Assembly: GCA_049472315.1 (NCBI GenBank)
Contig: JBLIRN010000024.1
Location: 1-43,869, forward strand
Source of the DNA: a bacterium
GTDB lineage: Bacteria > SZUA-182 > DTGQ01 > JAFGSM01
DNA: 43,869 bases
Direction: 5' to 3'
In this document: positions 36,584 through 43,869 of the stretch, one piece after another
Layout of the letters: every line of letters starts with the position of its first letter
Numbering within the stretch: position 1 is the first letter of the stretch
Translations under genes and position numbers: made by a program
Notes under the pieces: generated by a model
The model's input: only the letters and a program-made list of their open reading frames with translations
Told to the model about the DNA's origin: nothing
The model's database searches: none

Positions 36584-38695
36584 ATGACCGCACATCCGCC
36601 GAACGGTGCTACTGAAAAAGGTCATAACCGTCTCGTGCGCGAGCAGAGCCCCTACCTTCTCCAGCACGCCGGCAACCCTGTGGATTGGTTTCCCTGGGGT
36701 GAGGAGGCGTTTGAAAAGGCCGCGCGGGAGCATAAACCCATCTTTCTCTCCATCGGCTATTCCACCTGCCATTGGTGCCATGTAATGGCCAGGGAATCAT
36801 TCGAGGACCCGGAGATCGCCTCCATGCTGAATGATGCCTTCGTGTGCATCAAGGTGGACAGGGAGGAGCGTCCCGACATCGACAAGGTATACATGGCGGT
36901 GTGCCAAATGATGACAGGGAGCGGGGGCTGGCCGCTCACCGTCATCCTGACGCCGGATAAGACCCCCTTCTTCGCAGGCACCTATATTCCCAAGGAGAGC
37001 CGGTTTGGCATGGCAGGATTGCGTGAGCTTATCCCGCAGATCACCACGTTGTGGAATAGGAACCACGATCGGGTGATTGCATATGCGGGCCAGGTTGCAG
37101 AGGTGCTCCGGAAGGGAGAGGAATACCCCATGCCTGCGGAACCGGATGAATCGATGCTTGATGCAGCCTATGAATCGCTTGTGCTGAATTTTGATTCCCG
37201 GTTCGGGGGATTCGGCAGGGCGCCCAAGTTTCCCTCTCCACACACCATCCTTTTTCTGCTCCGCTATTGGAAGCGAAAGGGGGTCGCTGCCTCCCTGGGC
37301 ATGGCGGAAAAGACCCTGCAGGCAATGCGGCGAGGGGGTATATACGACCAGGTGGGGTTCGGTATTCACCGCTATTCCACCGATTCCCAGTGGTTCGTGC
37401 CGCATTTCGAGAAGATGCTTTACGATCAGGCCCTGGTGGCAATGGCCTACACGGAGGCATACCAGGCAACCGGGAATGAAGGGTATGCGAGCACCGCCTG
37501 GGAGATCTTCACCTATGTGCTCCGCGATATGGCCGCACCCGGAGGGGGATTCTACGCAGCCGAGGATGCGGAGAGCGAGGGGGAGGAGGGTAAATTCTAT
37601 CTCTGGACAACAGGGGAGGTGCAGCGACTCCTCCCGCAGGATGATGCAGAGCTTGTCATCAGGGTATTCAACCTCTCCGAGGGGGGGAATTTCAATCCCT
37701 CCCGTACACGCACAAACATCCTCCGCATGAGGGAATCCCTGCATGACATCGCCGGTGAATTGAACGCCCCCGTATCGGAGATTGCGAGGCGCATGGAAAA
37801 GGCCCGGGAGGTGCTGTTTCACGCCAGGCAGACCCGGGTGCGTCCTGCAAGGGACGACACCGTGCTCACCGACTGGAACGGGCTCATGATCGCCGCACTC
37901 GCAAAGGGGGGCCGGGTATTCGACGAACCGGCATATACGGATGCCGCCCGGAGTGCTGCGGATTTCATCCTCGGCCGGATGCGCACACCGGAGGGACGGC
38001 TTCTGCACCGCTACCGGGACGACAGTGCCCGCATAACGGGATACCTCGATGACTATGCCTTCCTGATATGGGGGATGCTGGAGCTCTTCGAGACCACCTT
38101 TACGGGTTCATACCTTCAATCAGCCCTGCACCTGTACCAGGATCTGGAGAGGCACTACTGGGATAGCGCAGCGGGGGGGTTCTATTTCACCCCCGATGAC
38201 GGTGAGGGTCTCATGGTTCGCCAGAAGGAGATCTACGACGGGGCGGTGCCGTCGGGAAATGCGGCCTCCATGATGAATTTGCTGAGGCTTGCCCGCATTA
38301 CCGGTGATTCCCGCTTTGAAGAGAAGGCCGCCGCCATAGGACGCGCATTTTCCCAACGGGTCGGCGAGGTGCCCCAGGCATACCCCTATTTCATGGTCGC
38401 CGCGGATTTCGGGCTGGGGCCCTCCTGCGAGGTGGTCGTTGCCGGCCGCTCGGATGCCCCCGATACCCAGGAGATGCTGGGCCCACTCAGGCGGCATTTC
38501 ATTCCCCACGCAACGGTCCTTTTCCGGCCCACGGATCAGGAATCACCCGAAATCGATACCCTGTCGCCCTTTGCAGCCTCGTGCACCCCCGTCGCGGGAA
38601 AGGCAGCCGCCTATGTGTGCATCAACCGCTCCTGCATGCGGCCGGTGACCGATGCGAATGAAATGCTGGAACTGCTCAATATGAAAACGCCATGA
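36584..38695 (+). CDS. YyaL/SSP411 thioredoxin-domain protein (DUF255)
   Basis: [55 protein letters not shown] and DGAVPSGN. Confidence 0.95.
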   Translation: MTAHPPNGATEKGHNRLVREQSPYLLQHAGNPVDWFPWGEEAFEKAAREHKPIFLSIGYSTCHWCHVMARESFEDPEIASMLNDAFVCIKVDREERPDIDKVYMAVCQMMTGSGGWPLTVILTPDKTPFFAGTYIPKESRFGMAGLRELIPQITTLWNRNHDRVIAYAGQVAEVLRKGEEYPMPAEPDESMLDAAYESLVLNFDSRFGGFGRAPKFPSPHTILFLLRYWKRKGVAASLGMAEKTLQAMRRGGIYDQVGFGIHRYSTDSQWFVPHFEKMLYDQALVAMAYTEAYQATGNEGYASTAWEIFTYVLRDMAAPGGGFYAAEDAESEGEEGKFYLWTTGEVQRLLPQDDAELVIRVFNLSEGGNFNPSRTRTNILRMRESLHDIAGELNAPVSEIARRMEKAREVLFHARQTRVRPARDDTVLTDWNGLMIAALAKGGRVFDEPAYTDAARSAADFILGRMRTPEGRLLHRYRDDSARITGYLDDYAFLIWGMLELFETTFTGSYLQSALHLYQDLERHYWDSAAGGFYFTPDDGEGLMVRQKEIYDGAVPSGNAASMMNLLRLARITGDSRFEEKAAAIGRAFSQRVGEVPQAYPYFMVAADFGLGPSCEVVVAGRSDAPDTQEMLGPLRRHFIPHATVLFRPTDQESPEIDTLSPFAASCTPVAGKAAAYVCINRSCMRPVTDANEMLELLNMKTP

Positions 38696-38938
38696 CCCGG
38701 CATGCGTGCCTGGTATTCGAATCGATCCCTATAGATAAGAAAAGCCAATGAATATATGCAAATCTAAATGTGACTGATAGCAAAAAAGACATTGATTATT
38801 CGATAGTTGCGTACAAAACGGGCAATGTTGATGAGACTTGTGCGGGAAAACTCCATGCATTAATATGTGATGGTACCATCGGCTAACTGATCATCTTGCC
38901 TCCATGCCTGTTAAGAAAAACCCGAATTCTGATATACT

Positions 38939-39676
38939 ATGCCCATGAAATTGGACGACATGTTACGGGATATTCATGACCGTACCAGGCACGCTGTAGC
39001 CCATTACTGGAAGACCCGGGCAGGACAGAGGAATAAGCAGGAGCAGACCGGGAGAGTAGACCAGGGACTCCGCAGTGCAGTGACCGGCGGTGCACAGATG
39101 AATGGCTTCATCGATCTCTTTACGGAACTTATTATGAATTCCGGTATTCCAGAACGATGTATATTCCGAGAAAGGGCGGTTGAGCTTCCGGGATTCTTCC
39201 GCCCCACTAAAAAATGGGATCTGTTGGTCGTGCGTAAGGATACGCTCCTCGTTGCCATTGAGGCGAAGTCACAGGTCGGCCCCTCTTTCGGAAACAACTT
39301 AAACAATCGGACCGAAGAGGCCGTTGGAAGTGCTATGGATCTGTGGACTGCTTATCGTGAAGGTGCCTTTCTGATAAGTCCCCAGCCATTTTTAGGTTAC
39401 TTCTTCATGTTGGAAGACTGCGAGGCATCCAACCGACCGGTTAAAGTACAGGAGCCGCACTTCAAGGTATTCCCGGAATTCGTGGGTGCTTCATATCTGC
39501 GACGTTACGAGATATTCTGCCGCAAGATTGTGCTTGAGCGACACTATACTTCATCCGCGTTCATTGCATCAAAGGCTGATAGCGGAATCCGAGGACATTT
39601 TTCGACACCGGCGGAAGACCTTTCTCTTGAACGATTTGCCAGAGTGCTTATAGCCCATCTGGGAGGGCTTGGGTAG
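38939..39676 (+). CDS. Type II restriction endonuclease, XhoI/PaeR7I family
   Basis: DQGLRSAVTGG, LPGFFRPTKKWDLLV, IEAKSQVGPSFGNNLNNRTEEA (PD-(D/E)xK) and DLWTAYREG. Confidence 0.9.
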   Translation: MPMKLDDMLRDIHDRTRHAVAHYWKTRAGQRNKQEQTGRVDQGLRSAVTGGAQMNGFIDLFTELIMNSGIPERCIFRERAVELPGFFRPTKKWDLLVVRKDTLLVAIEAKSQVGPSFGNNLNNRTEEAVGSAMDLWTAYREGAFLISPQPFLGYFFMLEDCEASNRPVKVQEPHFKVFPEFVGASYLRRYEIFCRKIVLERHYTSSAFIASKADSGIRGHFSTPAEDLSLERFARVLIAHLGGLG

Positions 39677-39680
39677 CTGC

Positions 39681-40589
39681 ATGGAAAAGACCGTTCACAG
39701 ATTGATCAACGGCGATTCGCGTGACCTCTCCTTCCTCAGCGAAGCTTCGGTTCACCTCGTTGTAACTTCACCACCCTATTGGAATCTCAAACAATATAAT
39801 GAGAATCCTGACCAACTTGGCCATATCCAGGACTACGAAACATTCCTTTTTGAGTTGGAGAAGGTCTGGCGACACGTATACCGAATCCTTGTCCCTGGTG
39901 GCCGTCTGGTATGCGTTGTCGGGGATGTCTGCGTTGCCAGGCGCAATTTCGGACGTCACTTGGTTTTCCCACTGCACGCGGACATCTGCGTTATTTGCAG
40001 GCGTATCGGGTTCGATAACCTGAACCCGATAATCTGGCACAAAATCGCTAATGCCTCCTATGAGGTCAAGAACGGATCCAAGTTCCTTGGCAAACCCTAC
40101 GAGCCAAACGCTATAATTAAGAATGATATAGAATTCATACTGATGCAACGGAAGCCAGGCGGGTACAGAAAGCCGACAAAAGCACAGCGAGATGCAAGCC
40201 GAATGGAAAAAGACGACTTTGACCGATGGTTTCGGCAGATATGGAATATCACGGGTGCCTCTACCAAGCAGCATCCTGCCCCCTTTCCATTGGAACTCGC
40301 CATACGTCTTGTTCGCATGTTTTCATTCACTGGTGATACCGTGTTGGACCCCTTTTGCGGGTCCGGTACGACAATGGTTGCCGCACTGCGGACAAGACGA
40401 AACAGCATCGGCGTTGAGATCGATCCGGAATATTGCCGCATGGGGGCTCGCTACCTTAAGGCCGAAACCGCCAATCTTTTTTCAACCGAGAAGCTCTTGT
40501 TTGAAAAAGTGGCTGTTGAAGCGGCAGGCATTGTAAAGGAGGATCATGGCCTCTATGAAGTTCGACCGGCAAGGAGGAAACTCGCATAA
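39681..40589 (+). CDS. Site-specific DNA amino-methyltransferase, beta class (m4C/m6A)
   Basis: N-terminal catalytic VTSPPY, then HPAPFP and C-terminal VLDPFCGSGTT. Adjacent to the REase. Confidence 0.93.
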   Translation: MEKTVHRLINGDSRDLSFLSEASVHLVVTSPPYWNLKQYNENPDQLGHIQDYETFLFELEKVWRHVYRILVPGGRLVCVVGDVCVARRNFGRHLVFPLHADICVICRRIGFDNLNPIIWHKIANASYEVKNGSKFLGKPYEPNAIIKNDIEFILMQRKPGGYRKPTKAQRDASRMEKDDFDRWFRQIWNITGASTKQHPAPFPLELAIRLVRMFSFTGDTVLDPFCGSGTTMVAALRTRRNSIGVEIDPEYCRMGARYLKAETANLFSTEKLLFEKVAVEAAGIVKEDHGLYEVRPARRKLA

Positions 40590-40678
40590 TCCGGGCTTAG
40601 TCTACACTCAAGCGATTTATTGGAGTTGGGTGTATTGTCATATAAAATGAATAAATCAACATGGTTTGATAAATTCTG

Positions 40679-40759
40679 ATGTATTTTGAGATAATAAAAA
40701 AGATAAAAAGGACTTGAAACGATCGCCATTGATGGAGCATTCGAGCTATCATTAGATCT
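40679..40759 (+). pseudogene. Frameshifted, truncated remnant of an MYFEII..-type small gene
   Basis: ATG TAT TTT GAG ATA ATA (MYFEII), then GLETIAIDG and SIRAIIR in shifted frames, running into the next gene. Family recalled from memory. Confidence 0.5.
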
Positions 40760-40990
40760 ATGGAACAGAAGACGACAGAACAACGATTTGTGCTTTGCAT
40801 CGAAAATAGTGACTGTGAGGATTTGGAGAAGCGGAAGGTTTACCAAGTTCTTCCTGACGATAAGGCTGAAAAGGAGGGATACCTTAGAGTCATTGATGAA
40901 TCAGGTGAGGATTATCTTTATCCCCAATCCTATTTCGTTTTTGTTCAATTGCCCCTCAAGGCACAAAAAGCACTACAATCAGCAAAATAG
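40760..40990 (+). CDS. Conserved hypothetical protein (76 aa, RVIDESGEDYLYP motif)
   Basis: Intact ORF with FVLCIEN..DLEKRKVYQVLPD..RVIDESGEDYLYP. Confidence 0.8.
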   Translation: MEQKTTEQRFVLCIENSDCEDLEKRKVYQVLPDDKAEKEGYLRVIDESGEDYLYPQSYFVFVQLPLKAQKALQSAK

Positions 40991-41077
40991 GCGGATTTCT
41001 TTGCTCAATTAAAAGGCAGGGTATGGATGGTTTTTGCCCAATGACCCCAACTGTTATTTATGGATAAAGGAGACATC

Positions 41078-41263
41078 ATGGAGCCGGAAAAAATTATGGA
41101 TAGTCTATTTAAGGAATTGACCGCTGAATTAAAGGCAATGTCGAAGGCCCAGACAATAGATGAAAAAATGAAATACAGTCAAATAATACATAATTTATGT
41201 GAATCGTTGGGCGTTTTTCTGAATCTGGCAAGCGATATGATGGGTCTTGACCTTGAAGAATAA
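41078..41263 (+). CDS. Small helical hypothetical protein
   Basis: RBS AAGGAG then MEPEKIMD..IIHNLCESLGVFLNLASDMM. Confidence 0.7.
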   Translation: MEPEKIMDSLFKELTAELKAMSKAQTIDEKMKYSQIIHNLCESLGVFLNLASDMMGLDLEE

Positions 41264-41420
41264 AACAGTAATTGTGAATTTAGAATATATCCCTAATCAA
41301 ATTCTCGTTCTGTAAAAAACAATCATTAAAATTGGATATGGAAATTATAATGTCGAATTATGTCATGATTTTCCCATGAATAATTTTGTATTATTGATTA
41401 ATCGGGAAGAATAATAATCT

Positions 41421-42020
41421 ATGATTGAAAACTTTCGAATCTATATTTCTCGAATATTTGGTGTATCATTAATAGTAATAATATTAGTTACCACAAGTGC
41501 ATGGGAAGATAAGGCTTCTTTTGTGAGCATGTTTTTATTTTTAGTTGGTGCGGTTTTAGTAGGTATCGCTTCTTTGGGCAGATTATGGTGCTCTCTTTAT
41601 ATTGCAGGCTATAAAACAGATACATTAATTACTGAAGGGCCATATTCCATGTGCAGAAATCCCCTTTATTTTTTTAGCCTTTTAGGAGCGCTTGGGGTAG
41701 GATTTGCATCCGAGACTTTTTTAATTCCACTTATTATATTAATTGCCTTTGCAATATATTATCCGATTGTTATCAAAAGTGAGGAAGTAAAATTAGAAAA
41801 AATACATAAAAAGGAATTTGAAGCATATATCGATAAAGTACCAAGCTTTTTGCCAAAACTATCATATTTGAAAGAACCGGAAGATTATGTCGTAAAGCCA
41901 CTGGTATTCAAAAAGCACATATTCGATGCCCTTTGGTTTGTATGGTTTATCGGGATCATCGAGATAATCGAAGGGCTTCATGAATTAAAGGTTCTTCCCA
42001 CACTATTCAAAATTTATTAG
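41421..42020 (+). CDS. Isoprenylcysteine carboxylmethyltransferase (ICMT/PEMT) family membrane protein
   Basis: TM helices, LITEGPYSMCRNPLY, IKSEE and YIDKVPSFLP. Confidence 0.92.
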   Translation: MIENFRIYISRIFGVSLIVIILVTTSAWEDKASFVSMFLFLVGAVLVGIASLGRLWCSLYIAGYKTDTLITEGPYSMCRNPLYFFSLLGALGVGFASETFLIPLIILIAFAIYYPIVIKSEEVKLEKIHKKEFEAYIDKVPSFLPKLSYLKEPEDYVVKPLVFKKHIFDALWFVWFIGIIEIIEGLHELKVLPTLFKIY

Positions 42021-42149
42021 GTGTTGAATAATCGCATGAAGACGGACGTGAAAAAGCCGGCACTTTTAGGACTCTGTTGGCCGAAGTGTTATAGGGTGTA
42101 AGCTACGTATGCGGATGCCGAAGGGCATTGTCGCAATGATGGAGGAAAA

Positions 42150-42560
42150 ATGACACAGGGTGTTTCACGGGAGGTCCCTTTCTGCACGGCGGATATCATC
42201 ATTGAGGTGGACGGGGGTATCGTCTTGATACGGCGGAAAAACCCGCCCCCCGGCTGGGCGATCCCCGGTGGATTCGTGGACTATGGGGAGTCCCTGGAGG
42301 AGACTGCGGTACGGGAGGCACGGGAGGAGACCGGGCTCGAGGTCACCCTGGTCCGGCAGTTCCACACCTACTCCGAACCGGGTCGCGATCCCCGCCACCA
42401 CACCGTCTCCACCGTGTTCATCGCCACTGCCGAGGGGGATCCGGTGGGGGGTGATGATGCGGCAGAGGCGCGGGTATACAAGGGCATGGAGGATCTTCCG
42501 CAGGATATTGCCTTTGACCATCGTCGAATCCTGGAGGATTATTTCCAGCGCAGGTATTAG
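42150..42560 (+). CDS. NUDIX hydrolase
   Basis: Nudix box [28 protein letters not shown] and AFDH. Confidence 0.95.
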   Translation: MTQGVSREVPFCTADIIIEVDGGIVLIRRKNPPPGWAIPGGFVDYGESLEETAVREAREETGLEVTLVRQFHTYSEPGRDPRHHTVSTVFIATAEGDPVGGDDAAEARVYKGMEDLPQDIAFDHRRILEDYFQRRY

Positions 42561-43869
42561 ATGATGCTGCTTCATAAGGTCAGTGCCTTTATCAGGGAGC
42601 ACGGGCTCCTGGATCGCAAGGACCGCGTGCTGGTCGCCTGCTCGGGCGGGCCTGATTCAACCGCCCTCTTTCATCTCCTTCGGGCGATTGCACCGTCATT
42701 TGACCTGGATCTTGTCATTGCCCACCTCAATCATGGGATACGAACGGATGCAGGCGAGGACGAGGCGTTTGTCCGCGCTCTCGCCGAGGATGCAGGGGTG
42801 TCGCTGGTGGCGGAGGCGGCGGACTGCCCGGCGCTCAGCAGGGAATGGAGGGTATCCCTGGAGGGTGCGGCCCGAAGGGCCCGGTATGCATTCCTCGATC
42901 GGCAGGCACACGCCCTGGGCATCACAAAGGTCGCCCTGGGCCACACCGCGGACGATCAGGCTGAGACCATCCTGATGAGGCTCCTGCGCGGCTCGGGCCT
43001 GCGGGGGCTGGCAGGGATATCACCTGTTCGCCGGGCACGGGGTATCCAGTACATCCGGCCCCTTCTCGTCATCCCGAAGGGGGACATCCTGGCCTTTCTC
43101 GCGTCGCAATCGATCCCCTACAGAACGGACACCACAAACACCATGCGTTGCTGCACCAGGAATCGCATACGCCTGGACCTGATGCCCTGCCTGGAGAAGG
43201 AATTCAATCCCTCCCTTGTTCAAACCCTCTCCCGCACCGCCGAGCTGCTCAGGGAGGATGATCTGGCACTGTCACATTTCGCCTCCTTGTTGCTTGACCG
43301 GGTTGCCGTTGAAAGGGGGACGAGTGGATGGAAATCATTCCTCTCACCCGATACCGCCGGCACCGGGGACCTGGAGGTGAGGTGCGCGCACCTTACAGAA
43401 CAACCGGTGGGGCTTCAAAGACGGCTCCTGCAGGAGGCCCTCGCCCGGTATACGGGTGTGCCCCAGGGTGCACACTTTGAGCACGTGGCGTCCATCCTCA
43501 GGATGATCAATGCACCGCAGGGTGGAGGACAGGTGGATGTCCCCGGGGGAGTCACGGTGTGCAGGGATGGAGACTCCCTTCGCTTCACGAGACGCGCCCG
43601 GAGGAAGGAGGGGGCACAGGGAGGGGATGAAAATGGCAGGGCGGGGGTTTCATCCCCGATCCCCCTGAAGATTCCGGGCACCACCTGCATTCCAGCCCTG
43701 GACTGCACCCTCGACGCATCCGTCCTTCCCAGGGGGGAGATCGCGGGGATCCCGCCACCGCCGGGCGTGGCGTTCCTCGATTATGATACCCTCCCCAAAC
43801 CGCTTATGATCCGCACGCGGCACCCTGGTGATCGCTTCCATCCCCTGGGCGTGAAAGGGGAAAAGAGGC
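42561..43869 (+). CDS. tilS: tRNA(Ile)-lysidine synthetase (3'-truncated by window edge)
   Basis: Absent from the ORF track because it has no stop in the window. Hand translation gives VLVACSGGPDS, AHLNHGIR, LGHTADDQAETILMRLLRGSG and C-terminal IRTRHPGDRFHPLG. Confidence 0.96.
   Translation, partial: MMLLHKVSAFIREHGLLDRKDRVLVACSGGPDSTALFHLLRAIAPSFDLDLVIAHLNHGIRTDAGEDEAFVRALAEDAGVSLVAEAADCPALSREWRVSLEGAARRARYAFLDRQAHALGITKVALGHTADDQAETILMRLLRGSGLRGLAGISPVRRARGIQYIRPLLVIPKGDILAFLASQSIPYRTDTTNTMRCCTRNRIRLDLMPCLEKEFNPSLVQTLSRTAELLREDDLALSHFASLLLDRVAVERGTSGWKSFLSPDTAGTGDLEVRCAHLTEQPVGLQRRLLQEALARYTGVPQGAHFEHVASILRMINAPQGGGQVDVPGGVTVCRDGDSLRFTRRARRKEGAQGGDENGRAGVSSPIPLKIPGTTCIPALDCTLDASVLPRGEIAGIPPPPGVAFLDYDTLPKPLMIRTRHPGDRFHPLGVKGEKR

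Noticed and set aside
40742..40757. GAGCTATC-ATTAGAT as an attC right arm
   Set aside because: Better explained as part of the pseudogene remnant (SIRAIIR).

Overview
Bacterial chromosomal window, mostly GC-rich, from a diderm and probably anaerobic organism (LptF/LptG, tetraheme cytochrome c3, PgpH-type 7TM-HD protein); the lineage cannot be named from the sequence. The housekeeping backbone is atpD(partial)-atpC, pgeF, VOC-amrS, a DUF2914 protein, sulfate ABC transporter sbp-cysT-cysW-cysA, an M16 peptidase pair, cytochrome c3, lptFG, a LysM lipoprotein, phoH-pgpH-ybeY-corC, a REC-GGDEF protein, a GlcD-like oxidase, nadE, a YyaL-like protein, a NUDIX hydrolase and tilS(partial). Two AT-rich islands interrupt it. 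(1) ~4.0-7.8 kb: co-oriented genes separated by decayed attC-like sites, read as an integrase-less integron cassette array abutting a truncated hemerythrin-family gene. (2) ~38.9-42.1 kb: an XhoI/PaeR7I-type R-M system, small genes and a frameshifted pseudogene. The most unusual signal is four secreted proteins whose predicted mature forms all start with Gln and end in aromatic tails: an uncharged elastin-like XPGXG-repeat protein, an 18%-Tyr protein, a 798-aa Ig/cadherin-like protein and a Pro/Ser/Tyr-rich protein. Two of their loci have long leaders with orphan near-perfect Shine-Dalgarno motifs. Together they may form an undescribed self-assembling extracellular structure (inference). A dispersed 37-38-bp intergenic repeat family occurs at two loci. 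No rRNA, tRNA, CRISPR array, integrase or transposase was seen. Family assignments come from motif recognition by eye; no database search was run.
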